Numbered from the stretch's first letter, positions 9,943 through 21,118 are shown. The stretch: 64,000 nt of DNA from Alphaproteobacteria bacterium (GCA_017539265.1 JAFYHG010000018.1:8779-72778); one strand, 5' to 3'. Numbers and translations are program-made. Notes: generated by a model not told the origin, from the letters alone.

Positions 9943-11212
9943 CTTCTTTGACGCACCTCTAAAGGAAAGAGATCCCGCGGTAGCCGATATTTTGAATAAA
10001 GAGTTGCACCGCCAACAAGAACACATCGAACTGATTGCTTCGGAAAACATCGTCTCACGGGCCGTTATGGACGCCATGGGCTCTGTTTTAACCAATAAGT
10101 ATGCCGAAGGCTATCCCGCCCACCGCTATTACCATGGTTGTGAGTGTGTGGATGAAGTCGAAGTCCTTGCCCAAGAACGTGCCAAGAAAATCTTCGGTGC
10201 AGAATTCGTGAACGTTCAACCCCATTCTGGATCCCAAGCCAACGGTGCCGTCTATCTGGCTCTCTTACAACCCGGTGATACCCTCATGGGGATGAGTTTG
10301 GATGCCGGCGGCCACTTAACACACGGTTCACGCGTATCCTCGTCCGGTAAGTATTACCATAGTGTTTCTTACGGTATTGATTCAAACGGCCTGATTGATT
10401 ACGATGCCGTTGCCGCTTTGGCAAAAGAGCATCAACCCAAAATCATCATCGCCGGCGGATCGGCCTATCCCAACATTATTGATTTTCAAAAGTTCCGAGC
10501 CATTGCCGATTCGGTCGGCGCCTATTTAATGGTAGACATGGCCCACTTTGCGGGTCTTGTTGCGGGCGGTGTTTATCCCAACCCTTTACCGATTGCCGAT
10601 GTTGTTACAACCACAACGCATAAGACGTTGCGCGGCCCCCGTGGCGGGATGATTTTAACAAACAATCCCGAAATTGCAAAAAAGATTAACTCGGCCGTAT
10701 TCCCCGGATTACAGGGCGGCCCCTTAATGCACGTGATTGCGGGCAAAGCGGTCGCATTCGGCGAAGCCCTTCAACCTGATTTTAAAACCTATGCCGCTCA
10801 AATCGTTAAAAATGCGAAAGCCATGGCCACGGTTCTTAAAAACCGCGGTGTAGATTTGGTTTCCGGCGGTACAGAAAGCCACCTGATGCTGATTGACTTG
10901 CGTTCAAAAGGCCTAACAGGGGCATTTGTTTGTGATGCCCTGGCATCGGCACATATTGTCTGCAATAAGAACGCGGTTCCCAATGACCCGCAAAAGCCCT
11001 CCATTACCTCGGGGCTCAGGGTCGGCACACCCGCCGGCACAACACGGGGTTTCGGTGAAGCCGAATTTGCGGAAATTGCAGGCCTCATCGCCGATATTAT
11101 CGACGCTTGCGGTAAGGATGAAGCCACTTTAACCGCCACCATCCAAACGGTCCAAGGTAAGGTCAAATCCCTTTGCCAAAGATTTCCCATTTACGAAGGA
11201 TTAAGCGCATGA
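9926..11212 (+). CDS. glyA: Serine hydroxymethyltransferase
   Basis: It has the SHMT PLP-site motif ([14 protein letters not shown]) and is full length. Confidence 0.95.
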   Translation: MTLKNNFFDAPLKERDPAVADILNKELHRQQEHIELIASENIVSRAVMDAMGSVLTNKYAEGYPAHRYYHGCECVDEVEVLAQERAKKIFGAEFVNVQPHSGSQANGAVYLALLQPGDTLMGMSLDAGGHLTHGSRVSSSGKYYHSVSYGIDSNGLIDYDAVAALAKEHQPKIIIAGGSAYPNIIDFQKFRAIADSVGAYLMVDMAHFAGLVAGGVYPNPLPIADVVTTTTHKTLRGPRGGMILTNNPEIAKKINSAVFPGLQGGPLMHVIAGKAVAFGEALQPDFKTYAAQIVKNAKAMATVLKNRGVDLVSGGTESHLMLIDLRSKGLTGAFVCDALASAHIVCNKNAVPNDPQKPSITSGLRVGTPAGTTRGFGEAEFAEIAGLIADIIDACGKDEATLTATIQTVQGKVKSLCQRFPIYEGLSA

Positions 11213-11664
11213 GATGTCCCTTTTGCAGTTGCCCCGATACCCAAGTCAAAGACTCCCGCGTCAGTGAAGATGGCTACACCATCCGCCGCCGGCGCAGTTG
11301 CCCTAAATGCGGCTCCCGCTTCACAACGCTTGAGCATATTCAAATGCGGGACTTGGTTGTGGTTAAGAAAAACGATGTTCGTGTCCCGTTTGATCGTGAA
11401 AAGCTTTATAAATCCGTTCTCTTGGCCCTCAGTAAGCGGCAAGTGGAACCCGATAAAGTGGATCAACTGGTAAACCGAATCACGCGTCAACTCGAAAGCC
11501 TTAACGAACAGGAAATTAAAACGTCCACCATCGGGGAACAAGTCATGACGGAACTATTGGCACTTGACAAAGTCGCCTACATCCGGTATGCGTCTGTTTA
11601 TAAAAACTTTACCAATCCTCAAGATTTTGAAGAATTTGCTGCCGTTCTGACTCAAAAGAAATGA
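11210..11664 (+). CDS. nrdR: Transcriptional repressor NrdR
   Basis: It has the MRCPFC..C Zn-ribbon N-terminus and an ATP-cone. The start is moved to ATG 11210. Confidence 0.9.
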
Positions 11665-11675
11665 AAGGACACAAC

Positions 11676-12662
11676 ATGAAATTTTATTCGATAGTGGCTC
11701 TGGCATTAGGTATCGCAAGTATCACAAACACTAAAGTGATGGCTGAATCCGACACTCCTGTGGCACTCCCAGGAATGGGTGTAGCCGGTATTTTAAGTTT
11801 TCTCGGGAAAACCGGACATGATATGGCCATGACGCGCTACTATGCGAATGAAGTTTTAAATACAGCCGCCATTTTATCCATCTCGGCGACAAGCGCCAAT
11901 GGAGGCGAAGGCAAAGACATAACTTTAACTGAGCTCAAAAAAGAATTTAATCCTTCATTCGACCTCTGTAATGTGGATATGGTGGGTTATAAAAACGGTT
12001 TCGTCAAAATTATGTTTGGTGATGACTGCCAAACCCCAAGAGGCGAAGACATTTCCCTACAGGCGGTCCAAGAACAAGTTCAAAAACTGAGTGGTGAACG
12101 GGCAAATTGTTCGAATCGTGAATGCTTAATTAACCTTAGTCCGTCTCGTCATCCTGCCCCACCTCCAAAGCCGACATCATTCCGTCCCACTACTCGGGAT
12201 GCCGAAACGCGTGAAATTTTGGAAGCGGCCTCCCGGGTAGCCATCGCCGCCCAGCAAGCCCGTTCTCAAGAATCAACAAGAGCCGGTGAGCGCATATTGG
12301 CTCACACCTATTCGGAAAAACTGTTAAGTGAAGGCGAAAGATTGGCTAATGTTTCAAAAAGCCGTCAACAGGATTTAAGTTATGCACAAGCAGGATTTAC
12401 AAAGCCCGCCAGTGTCGGTTTCGTCACATCCGATGATCCTGAATGGCTCCCCTGTCAGGCTGACCTCTATTCCACCAAAAAGGGCCTTGTTACCTTAACA
12501 CTCGGGGATACCTGCCCACCGGAACACGAAAAGGGAATCGACGTTCCCGCATCTGCCGTCATTCAAAATATCGAAAATTTGCGTGGCTATTGGATTCATA
12601 GCGGTTATTGGACCTACTGCGAAGGAAATATCTGTCAAATTGATTACAGCAAAAGGAAATAA
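11676..12662 (+). CDS. Hypothetical secreted protein
   Basis: It has a signal peptide (MKFYSIVALALGIASITNTKVMA) and a good RBS before ATG 11676. It sits where ribD and rib genes often lie between nrdR and nusB. Confidence 0.5.
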   Translation: MKFYSIVALALGIASITNTKVMAESDTPVALPGMGVAGILSFLGKTGHDMAMTRYYANEVLNTAAILSISATSANGGEGKDITLTELKKEFNPSFDLCNVDMVGYKNGFVKIMFGDDCQTPRGEDISLQAVQEQVQKLSGERANCSNRECLINLSPSRHPAPPPKPTSFRPTTRDAETREILEAASRVAIAAQQARSQESTRAGERILAHTYSEKLLSEGERLANVSKSRQQDLSYAQAGFTKPASVGFVTSDDPEWLPCQADLYSTKKGLVTLTLGDTCPPEHEKGIDVPASAVIQNIENLRGYWIHSGYWTYCEGNICQIDYSKRK

Positions 12663-12666
12663 AAAA

Positions 12667-13143
12667 ATGTCAGAAAACACTTCAAAACTTTCATTTACAA
12701 ACGCCCGCTTGCTTGCGGTTCAAACAATTTACGCCCACATGATGGGTGAAGCCGATTGGGATAAACTCATGAGTCGCGGCCTCCTCGGTGAACTCGGCGG
12801 CAAAGCCCTCATTGAAAAAGACGGGAACGAAGAATATGTCTCCCTCCCCTCGGCTGATGCGGGACTCTATACACGCATCGTGGAATCTTATCGTGAACAC
12901 GCGGACGATATTGATACCGCTATCAAGACTGGCCTTTCCGACAACATTTCGTTCGATAGGCTCGAGCCTACCTTCCTCTGCATTCTGCGCGCAGGTCTTG
13001 CCGAATTTTATGCAGATTCGGATACACCATCTGCCATTATCATCAATGAATATGTCGATTTAACAAGGTCGTTTTATGATGGCTCCGAAATCAAAATCGC
13101 CAACGCTTTACTGGACCGTTTCTCCAAGGTCATTCGGGGATAA
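12667..13143 (+). CDS. nusB: Transcription antitermination factor NusB
   Basis: It has NusB-like helices (ARLLAVQTIY, ILRAGLAEF). The start is moved to ATG 12667. Confidence 0.8.
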   Translation: MSENTSKLSFTNARLLAVQTIYAHMMGEADWDKLMSRGLLGELGGKALIEKDGNEEYVSLPSADAGLYTRIVESYREHADDIDTAIKTGLSDNISFDRLEPTFLCILRAGLAEFYADSDTPSAIIINEYVDLTRSFYDGSEIKIANALLDRFSKVIRG

Positions 13144-13246
13144 TTTCCGATTCCCCCCATAATAAACATCTCAAAAGAAGTTTTTTAGGAATCCTCTTTC
13201 AAGGTTCCTAGTAAAATCAAACTATTTTGAACCTAAATTTTGTAAC

Positions 13247-13741
13247 TTATGTGGAGTAGAATATTACAAAAGACAAGAAAAGTATTGCGCAAAAGGATAT
13301 AACAATAGAAATAATACCGAGGCCAATTAATGAATTTTCAATTATGCACCCCTTATCATTGTTAGCAAGAAAACTATTAATTTTATCCTTCATTTGATTA
13401 AATTCTCGTGTATAATCCATATAACTCCAACACCCATTATGAGGCGCGAAAAACACCGCAATATCTTTACCTGATTTTAATTTTAAATATAACACGTTAA
13501 AAGGGGAAAATATTTCTCCTTTTCTTGTGGCTTCTTTAACTTCGGATAATTTGCAAAGATTTTTAATTTTATAATCCTTCTGCCAAATATATTTCGTTTC
13601 CTTTGTACAACTATTTTTCTCTCTATCCATTCTAAAAATCGCAGGACTTTTTATTAGGACACACAAACCTCTTAACCCAATCACAGAAAATAGTAATAAA
13701 AAAATACACACGGTAGAAAAATCAAGCATTGCCAACTCCAC
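13247..13741 (-). CDS. Hypothetical small membrane protein in an AT-rich insert
   Basis: It has TM helices at both ends. The local GC is much lower than in the neighbouring genes. Confidence 0.4.
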   Translation of the reverse strand: MELAMLDFSTVCIFLLLFSVIGLRGLCVLIKSPAIFRMDREKNSCTKETKYIWQKDYKIKNLCKLSEVKEATRKGEIFSPFNVLYLKLKSGKDIAVFFAPHNGCWSYMDYTREFNQMKDKINSFLANNDKGCIIENSLIGLGIISIVISFCAILFLSFVIFYST

Positions 13742-13904
13742 TTTATTGTATCTAAAAGTTTAAATCCAATGATTATTATACACATTTCTATATCAATGTC
13801 AACATATCCTCTCTTTATTTTCTTTCCCTTTTCTCCTCGCTTACTTTTTTCTTGCATTTAGCCTAAAATCCGGCTAAACTAACCCATCATAAAGGAGATT
13901 TCAT

Positions 13905-14690
13905 ATGCAACTGGATTTAAGTTTTGTGGATAAATTAGGTCGCGTGGTTTTAAACTTTTTTCGCGCCACGGGAAAGTTAGGAATTTTTTGCGGACAAACC
14001 GTCTATCATTGCGTCACACCACCGTTTTATTTAAAGGCCGTATTGGCCCAAATGATAGAAATCGGCTTTTATTCCCTGCCGGTGGTGGCTCTTACCACCC
14101 TCTTTTCAGGGATGGTTATCGCCCTTCAAACGTATGAGGCCGTTTCGCAATTTTCTGCCGAAGGGGCCGTTGCCATGGTCGTGCGTGTTGCCGTTATTCG
14201 GGAACTGGCACCCGTCATGGCGGGCTTAATGGTAGCCGGCCGAATTGGGGCAGCCATGGCGGCCGAAATCGGAACTATGCGTGTGACGGAGCAAATTGAT
14301 GCCCTCTCCACTCTATCCACTAATCCGTTTAAGTACCTGATTGCCCCACGTGTTTTGGCCGGTGTAGTCATGCTCCCGATTCTGGTGTTAATCGGTGACG
14401 TTATCGGTATCTGCGGCGGTTATATGATTGGTGTTTATAAACTGGACTTTAATGCCACGACATACCTCACAAACACATGGACATACCTTAAACCCATGGA
14501 CATCATCTCCAGCATGACCAAAGCCGGCGTTTTCGGATTTATCATCACACTTTTGGGGTGTTATAACGGCTTTCAATCCCAAGGCGGCGCCCAAGGTGTC
14601 GGCCGCGCCACAACGAACGCGGTTGTGTCGTCCAGTATTTTAATTTTAATCTTTAACTACATCCTAACGGAAATGTTGTTCAACGCATAG
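13905..14690 (+). CDS. mlaE: Phospholipid ABC transporter permease MlaE
   Basis: The MlaE/YrbE permease family is recognised from the translation. Confidence 0.85.
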   Translation: MQLDLSFVDKLGRVVLNFFRATGKLGIFCGQTVYHCVTPPFYLKAVLAQMIEIGFYSLPVVALTTLFSGMVIALQTYEAVSQFSAEGAVAMVVRVAVIRELAPVMAGLMVAGRIGAAMAAEIGTMRVTEQIDALSTLSTNPFKYLIAPRVLAGVVMLPILVLIGDVIGICGGYMIGVYKLDFNATTYLTNTWTYLKPMDIISSMTKAGVFGFIITLLGCYNGFQSQGGAQGVGRATTNAVVSSSILILIFNYILTEMLFNA

Positions 14691-14701
14691 GGGGAACAGA
14701 T

Positions 14702-15496
14702 ATGAAAACCCAAAAAGAAACCGTAAGTCCCAAAATCCGCATGACGGATGTGTGTAAGGCCTTCGGGAATAAAAAGGTCCTCAACCACTTAAATTTAGAT
14801 GTCTACCCCGGTGAATCACTGGTTGTCATCGGTGGCTCCGGCACAGGCAAATCCGTAACGATTAAGTGTATCTTAGGGTTATTAGAGCCCGAAAGCGGTC
14901 GGGTTGAAATTGACGGTAAAAACGTCTTGGAACTGTCGGGAAAAGAGAGGGAAAAAGTCCTTTCTCAATTCGGCATGCTGTTCCAAAACGCCGCCCTGTT
15001 CGATAGTTTATCCGTCTGGGAAAACGTGGCCTTTTCGTTAATTCAAAACCAACATATGAATAAGGCGGAAGCCCGCAAAATCGCCATAAAAAAACTGGCT
15101 CAAGTCGGCCTTAAAAGTGATGTCGCCGATGTTTATCCCGCGGATTTATCCGGCGGCATGCGTAAACGCGTCGGCCTCGCCCGCGCCATAGCCACAAACC
15201 CTGCCGTTATTTTCTTTGATGAGCCTACAACGGGCCTCGACCCTATCATGTCCGATGTCATCAATGATTTGATTAAGGATACCGTGAAAAATCTGGGCGC
15301 AACGGCTTTAACAATTACACACGATATGAACTCGGCGCGTAAAATAGCCGACCGAATCGCCATGCTTTACGAGGGAAAAATCATCTGGGTCGGCACAGTG
15401 GACGAGTTAGATAAGACCACCAACCCCTACGTCCGCCAATTTGTCGCCGGCTCCGCCAAAGGCCCCATCCAAATGGAAGTGAAAGTGGAAAAATAG
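14702..15496 (+). CDS. mlaF: Phospholipid ABC transporter ATPase MlaF
   Basis: It has Walker A (GGSGTGKS), the ABC signature (LSGGMRKR) and Walker B (FFDEPTTGLDP). Confidence 0.85.
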   Translation: MKTQKETVSPKIRMTDVCKAFGNKKVLNHLNLDVYPGESLVVIGGSGTGKSVTIKCILGLLEPESGRVEIDGKNVLELSGKEREKVLSQFGMLFQNAALFDSLSVWENVAFSLIQNQHMNKAEARKIAIKKLAQVGLKSDVADVYPADLSGGMRKRVGLARAIATNPAVIFFDEPTTGLDPIMSDVINDLIKDTVKNLGATALTITHDMNSARKIADRIAMLYEGKIIWVGTVDELDKTTNPYVRQFVAGSAKGPIQMEVKVEK

Positions 15497-16417
15497 ATGG
15501 AAAAAAAAGTCGATACCCCCTATGGAAAAATGAGTAAAATAGAAGACCTTATTTGGGGTGTTGTAGTACTTGTCTTCGGAATCGGGTATGCACTAGCCAG
15601 ACTCTTTTTCCCAGAATCGAAAGCGACGATTAATTCTGTTTTCCTTTCAGGAGTGGGAGCTTCATTGGGTGTATTCTGTTGCATTCATAACCTCCTACAC
15701 GCCCTTAAACAAAAAACTGATTTGCAGGACGAGTTTGAAGAAGAAGAATTCGAAGATGTAGTCGAAGATTATTTCCACGACATAGATGCCGAAAGACAAA
15801 ATTATAAAGGCTCTTGGTCTGCGGTTGAAGAGTGGAAACAAAAAATGCGAGAAAGAGCCGATGAACTAAAACACCGCATTCAAACAGAAGGTGAAACAGA
15901 GGATGTTCTAGATATCTGGGCAACATGGGATGAGGAGATGCAAGATGGCCTAGAGGCCGTTCAAAATGGCAATAATCCCTTATTACCTAAAAAAGAAAAA
16001 AAAGAAGTTACAAAAGAAGAGGAACAACAGGAATCAAAAAAATCCCCTTGGGGGAAAAAGATAATATCTTTATTAGTCCTTATTCCTTTACTTTTTTTAT
16101 ATCTTGTTTTAAGCATACTGGAATGCAGTATTTTCCTTTTAACGATTGCTTTTTCTTGTTTTTTGTTTTCTTATGACATTGATCCAAATTCTTCGGATCC
16201 ATTTGCCTTATTTGACTTTACAAAATTAAAACGCATGCCATTTAAATTTAAATATTTAGTGGGTATTATATTTATATCTGTAATCGGTTATTTCCTAAAC
16301 CAATGGACTTATGCGCAATCAGGGGAGATTCAACTGGCGGTAACGATATGCCTACCGATACTCTATGGCCTGATTTACTACAAACTCCACCACAAAAAAT
16401 CCATCAGGGAGATATAA
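15497..16417 (+). CDS. Hypothetical membrane protein with acidic middle region
   Basis: It has TM segments and an Asp/Glu-rich stretch. It sits where mlaD usually follows mlaF and has no MCE-like features. Confidence 0.45.
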   Translation: MEKKVDTPYGKMSKIEDLIWGVVVLVFGIGYALARLFFPESKATINSVFLSGVGASLGVFCCIHNLLHALKQKTDLQDEFEEEEFEDVVEDYFHDIDAERQNYKGSWSAVEEWKQKMRERADELKHRIQTEGETEDVLDIWATWDEEMQDGLEAVQNGNNPLLPKKEKKEVTKEEEQQESKKSPWGKKIISLLVLIPLLFLYLVLSILECSIFLLTIAFSCFLFSYDIDPNSSDPFALFDFTKLKRMPFKFKYLVGIIFISVIGYFLNQWTYAQSGEIQLAVTICLPILYGLIYYKLHHKKSIREI

Positions 16418-17806
16418 ATGACCAAACGCACTACACAATATGTCTGCCAAAATTGCGGCGCCACCTTTGCCAAGTGGACCGGTAAATGTGAATCTTGCGG
16501 CAAATGGAATACACTGGTTGAGGAAGATTTACCCGAAAAAACCCATTCCCAAATCACGGCTGGAAAGGGCGGTAAAAAGTTTGATTTTGTAGACCTTCGC
16601 GGTGCCCCCGAAATTATCTTTCGCCTCAAATCCCAGATTGGGGAACTTGATCGTGTTTGCGGCGGTGGATTGGTCCCCGGTTCGGTCATTCTGGTTGGCG
16701 GCGACCCCGGTATCGGTAAATCTACCCTGTTATTACAGGCGGTTGCCCACCTTTCTGAAACAGTGAATAAAGCAGGCTCCCCCACTAAATGCGTTTATAT
16801 TTCCGGTGAAGAATCGGTTGATCAAGTCCGCCTGCGTGCCCTGCGTTTAGGCTTTTCTTCGGCCAATGTCGCTTTGGCCAGTGCCACCAACGTGCGCGAC
16901 ATTGTGGCCACTTTGGAAAGCGGCCCGGCCCCCGATGTTGTCATTATTGATTCCATTCAAACGATGTATTCCGATACCCTTGATTCCGCCCCCGGCACAG
17001 TGGGCCAAGTCCGTGCCTCGGGGAACGAACTTATTCGTTTGGCAAAGCGCCTGAATTTCACGCTGTTTTTGGTCGGCCACGTAACAAAAGAAGGCACTTT
17101 GGCCGGTCCCCGCGTATTAGAGCACATGGTGGACACCGTCCTTTATTTTGAAGGCGATCGCGGTCATCATTTCCGTATTTTACGCTCGGTTAAGAACCGA
17201 TTCGGCGCCACCGATGAAATCGGCGTTTTTGAAATGACCGAATCGGGCCTGCAAGAGGTTAAAAATCCCTCGGCTCTCTTTCTGGCGGACCGCCGCGGCA
17301 ATATCGCCGGCAGCTGCGTTTTCGCCGGTGTTGAAGGTTCCAGACCTCTCCTTGTCGAAATTCAAGCCCTTGTCGCACCGATGAGTGGTCAATCCCCCCG
17401 CCGTGCCGTTGTCGGATGGGATGCCGGCAGACTTGCCATGATTTTAGCGGTTTTAGAAGCGCGTTGCGGCATTATTTTCGGCGCAAAAGATATCTATTTA
17501 AACATTGCCGGCGGCCTAAAGTTGACTGAACCCGCCTGCGATATGGCCGTTGCGATGGCACTTGTTTCCGCCCTCACACAAAAGCCCGTCCCCGCAGACA
17601 TGGTTGTCTTTGGCGAAGTGGGGCTGTCAGGTGAGGTGCGCGCCGTTCCGCAATCCGACCTGCGCCTAAAGGAAGCAGAAAAATTAGGTTTTAAAAAGGC
17701 CTTGATTCCGCCGCAAAGAAGTGCTAAAAAAGAATGCAAAGAATCCGCCATCCATAAAACGGAGGTCGGCCATTTACGAACTTTAACAGATATTTTTCGG
17801 GGGTAG
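16418..17806 (+). CDS. radA: DNA repair protein RadA (Sms)
   Basis: It has an N-terminal Zn finger (CxxC...CxxC), a RecA-like Walker A (GDPGIGKST), a KNRFG motif and a Lon-like C-terminus. Confidence 0.9.
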   Translation: MTKRTTQYVCQNCGATFAKWTGKCESCGKWNTLVEEDLPEKTHSQITAGKGGKKFDFVDLRGAPEIIFRLKSQIGELDRVCGGGLVPGSVILVGGDPGIGKSTLLLQAVAHLSETVNKAGSPTKCVYISGEESVDQVRLRALRLGFSSANVALASATNVRDIVATLESGPAPDVVIIDSIQTMYSDTLDSAPGTVGQVRASGNELIRLAKRLNFTLFLVGHVTKEGTLAGPRVLEHMVDTVLYFEGDRGHHFRILRSVKNRFGATDEIGVFEMTESGLQEVKNPSALFLADRRGNIAGSCVFAGVEGSRPLLVEIQALVAPMSGQSPRRAVVGWDAGRLAMILAVLEARCGIIFGAKDIYLNIAGGLKLTEPACDMAVAMALVSALTQKPVPADMVVFGEVGLSGEVRAVPQSDLRLKEAEKLGFKKALIPPQRSAKKECKESAIHKTEVGHLRTLTDIFRG

Positions 17807-17809
17807 AAA

Positions 17810-18451
17810 ATGACTTTAGGTTTAATTGATGTAATTTTAATTGCCGTAATTATTATTTCGGTCCTCTTTGCCCTGTATCGGGGATTGGTACGGGAACTGT
17901 TGGGCATTGCCGCTTGGATTTTAGCGGGTTTTGCGGCTCTTTATTCCTATGCGCCGTTGCAACCCCTGATGAATAAGATTATTGAAAACAAAACCACCGC
18001 CGGTATTGTCGGCTCTGCGATAGTCGCCTTAACCGTTTTAGTGATTATGACCCTCATCAATTCATGGATTACAAAACGTCTGCGCCAAAGTGCCCTCAGT
18101 GGTCTGGATCGCATTTTAGGTCTTGCCTTCGGCGTGGCACGCGCCGGTCTTTTAGCTGCTATTTGCTACTTGGCTTGTTCTATGTTTATGTCAGAAAAAA
18201 AATTGAATGAAATGGAAGAACAAAACATTTCCATTCCCTATATTCGCACAATGGCGGGCTGGTTGGAGCACGTGGTTCCGGATAATGTAAAGACAGATCT
18301 AAAGGATTACGAACAAGGTAAACTAAAAGATAAACCCACGAAAAAAATCGGAATAGAACTCAAAAAAACCGTCAAAGAGGAACTGGCCGAGTATCGTGAA
18401 ACGGACAAAAAATCTTTAGATGACATGATTGATAAAATCGCAGGAGAATAA
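17810..18451 (+). CDS. cvpA: CvpA-family membrane protein
   Basis: The TM topology and the sequence after radA match the colicin V production protein family. Confidence 0.7.
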   Translation: MTLGLIDVILIAVIIISVLFALYRGLVRELLGIAAWILAGFAALYSYAPLQPLMNKIIENKTTAGIVGSAIVALTVLVIMTLINSWITKRLRQSALSGLDRILGLAFGVARAGLLAAICYLACSMFMSEKKLNEMEEQNISIPYIRTMAGWLEHVVPDNVKTDLKDYEQGKLKDKPTKKIGIELKKTVKEELAEYRETDKKSLDDMIDKIAGE

Positions 18452-18452
18452 C

Positions 18453-18848
18453 ATGACCCCAGACGAACTCATTCAGAAAGCAAAGGACCTTATCCACGAA
18501 CGCTATCAAAAAGAAAAACATCACTCGGTCGTGGCCGCAGCACTTTTAACGAAAGCCGGCAAGGTATATGTAACCCTTAATGCCGGCACGAATCAGCCCT
18601 CTATCGCAACCTGTGCTGAAATTATCGCCATCGGCATGGCAAACACCGAAGATCCGCATATGGAAATTGATTTAATCGGTGCGGTTCGGGATAAAGAAGC
18701 CTATGTCATTTCCCCTTGCGGTAAGTGTCGCGAATACATCACGGATTACGGTCCCGATGCCCGTGTCATTGTCCCCGCGGATAACAAAAAAGGCTACAAG
18801 GTTATACCGGCCGCTGAACTTCTCCCCAACAAATATAAGAAAAAATGA
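18453..18848 (+). CDS. Cytidine/deoxycytidylate deaminase-fold protein
   Basis: It has the zinc-binding motifs CAEIIAI and SPCGKCRE. Confidence 0.6.
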   Translation: MTPDELIQKAKDLIHERYQKEKHHSVVAAALLTKAGKVYVTLNAGTNQPSIATCAEIIAIGMANTEDPHMEIDLIGAVRDKEAYVISPCGKCREYITDYGPDARVIVPADNKKGYKVIPAAELLPNKYKKK

Positions 18849-19306
18849 AAATTATTATTGCCGCCATTGGAAAACTGAATAAGAAAAGCCCCGAACAGGT
18901 CTTAATTGATGACTATATTTCAAAATCCAAGTGGCCCGTTACAGTCGTTCAAGTCGAAGAAAAAAAAGCCCTGCGCGGTCCCGAATTACAGGCGGCCGAA
19001 GGTGAACTTTTGTTAAAGCAAATCCCCCCCGATTTTAAGATCGTGGCTCTTGATGAACGGGGTGAAGAGCCCTCTTCCCGCGCTTTTGCCGAAAAATTGG
19101 GACGCTGGCGGGATATGGGAACAACTGGTGTTGCCTTTTTAATTGGCGGAGCCGACGGCCACACCAATACCACCCGCCAACGGGCCGATTATCTGCTGTC
19201 TTTCGGTCGTATGACGCTCCCCCACTTTTTGGCTCGCGTGGTGCTGTCCGAACAAATTTATCGCGTTCAAACCATTTTAAGTGGGCATCCTTACCATCGG
19301 GATTAA
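18845..19306 (+). CDS. rlmH: 23S rRNA (pseudouridine1915-N3)-methyltransferase RlmH
   Basis: It is a SPOUT-family protein with a conserved C-terminal region (GHPYHR). Confidence 0.85.
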   Translation: MKIIIAAIGKLNKKSPEQVLIDDYISKSKWPVTVVQVEEKKALRGPELQAAEGELLLKQIPPDFKIVALDERGEEPSSRAFAEKLGRWRDMGTTGVAFLIGGADGHTNTTRQRADYLLSFGRMTLPHFLARVVLSEQIYRVQTILSGHPYHRD

Positions 19307-20049
19307 CGGGAATTTCCTAAAAATTCACGCACAGAAATTTTTAACCAATTGATTTTGTTTTTCAATTTTTGAAAGATTGTATACCTTGCCGATATTTTAT
19401 AGGCTAATTTCTGTTTTGATATTCCGTCTAACGCTTGTGCGAGTTCTTTTATAAACGGTAATGTCACTTTAATCACATTATCGGGATAGAGCTCAAAATC
19501 TCTATATTTTTTTACCCATTCCAGTTGCATCACATTTGCCGATGAAACTTTCCGCTGTAACTTGCCCGTCAATCCCGGCTGCCCTGTATAAGAGGGATGA
19601 TTTACAACATACTTTAACCGATATTTTTTGCATAATTTATCGACAATATTTAATTCTGTTTGATATTCTTCCCGCGTGCAATAACCGATACCAACCGCTA
19701 AATCAAACGGGCGATCCTTCATAGCATGAATATCCAAGAAATAATGATTATCCAAATTATTTTTTAAAATAAAAGAACTGATGGTACATTTTTTACGCCA
19801 ATACTTATTCCGAACAATATATGAAAAACGATTTTTCTCCCCCAGATATTTTGTAATCGCCCCCGTAAACCAATCACTTCCCTTAAACCGTTTATAACAT
19901 GTCGAATTAGTTGCATGCGGCGCCGTCAGGCAAACAAATGTATTGTACTCAAAAAAAGAAAAAACCTTCTTCTCCGCCAAATCCCCCGAATATTGATTTT
20001 GCGCAAAGCATGCCTCATATTTCTTCAGTAAATTAATCTCTCGTTTCAT
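19303..20049 (-). CDS. Hypothetical protein (possible Zn-hydrolase fold)
   Basis: It is a 248-aa ORF with no confident family assignment from the sequence alone. Confidence 0.35.
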   Translation of the reverse strand: MKREINLLKKYEACFAQNQYSGDLAEKKVFSFFEYNTFVCLTAPHATNSTCYKRFKGSDWFTGAITKYLGEKNRFSYIVRNKYWRKKCTISSFILKNNLDNHYFLDIHAMKDRPFDLAVGIGYCTREEYQTELNIVDKLCKKYRLKYVVNHPSYTGQPGLTGKLQRKVSSANVMQLEWVKKYRDFELYPDNVIKVTLPFIKELAQALDGISKQKLAYKISARYTIFQKLKNKINWLKISVREFLGNSR

Positions 20050-20077
20050 ACACCCTCTTTACTGGGACTAAACGGTA

Positions 20078-21118
20078 TTATAAAGACACTAGCTGCTCAC
20101 AGGAAAGCTGCGGTTCATACTCCCAATCAGACCAAACTTTTTTGTTTTCCTCCGCCATTTTTTTCAACCTATTTTCAAACGCTTTCTTACTTCTTGAAAA
20201 GGAAAACTCATTTCCGTTAGAATCGATACAAACATACTCATTTTGGCTTCCCTGAATCTCAACTGTTTTTTCTCCATTTTTATTAAAATATTGGCGGGAA
20301 GCGTGAAAATCACCCTGTCCCCTAACCACTTCTTCTCTAATCGCAATATTCCCATCTTCATAATAAACCTCTTCAACAAAAGAACTCCGTAAAGGAGACC
20401 TATCAACCCGTCTTCTCAGGGCTAACTTTCCTTGATTATACAGGTTCATATTGGGATAATAATACCTAGTTTGCTTAGAACGGGGACAATTATAAATATT
20501 AACATCAACTAAAAGACCCTTTACATAATTGCGACCTGTTAAACATCTATTCTGATGGAAACTGATGGTTCCTGTAAATAATTCCCCATTTTTTGCATAA
20601 ATCAGTTCTCCTTGTTTATACCAATTTTCATGTTCAATGGGCCATTCATGAAACATATCGGTTATACAAAATAAGTATGCTGCATAAAATACACCTGTCG
20701 ATACAGCAAATATCTTTAATATCAAGGACTCTTTTTCCTTTCGCTTTTTTATCATTAGAACTAAGATAGGAATACAAATCAAAAGACCAACACCATAAAG
20801 AATCATACCTACATCAATATCAATGCGTTCTCTTAACAGAATATGAGATATTGCCAAAAACATCACAAAACTAAATAAAGGTGCAGTTATCTTTGTTCGT
20901 CCTAAAGACCATAGAAAAATCACAACACTGCAAATATATAACAAAGAAAAGCCTATATAAAAAATAGGGAACAATATTGTCGGTTTTGAAATTGGTAAAA
21001 GGAACTTGAAAATTTGTTCTTGGCCGGGGGCAAATATCATCACCCCCACCTGATACAACAAAATAGATGATGTCGCAATAAAAAATAGCCGTGCCAATAT
21101 AACAAAAACTTTTTTCAT
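20078..21118 (-). CDS. Membrane protein with C-terminal MORN/YwqK-like repeats
   Basis: It has about 5 N-terminal TM helices and G/Y/N-rich repeat units in the C-terminal half. Confidence 0.45.
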   Translation of the reverse strand: MKKVFVILARLFFIATSSILLYQVGVMIFAPGQEQIFKFLLPISKPTILFPIFYIGFSLLYICSVVIFLWSLGRTKITAPLFSFVMFLAISHILLRERIDIDVGMILYGVGLLICIPILVLMIKKRKEKESLILKIFAVSTGVFYAAYLFCITDMFHEWPIEHENWYKQGELIYAKNGELFTGTISFHQNRCLTGRNYVKGLLVDVNIYNCPRSKQTRYYYPNMNLYNQGKLALRRRVDRSPLRSSFVEEVYYEDGNIAIREEVVRGQGDFHASRQYFNKNGEKTVEIQGSQNEYVCIDSNGNEFSFSRSKKAFENRLKKMAEENKKVWSDWEYEPQLSCEQLVSL

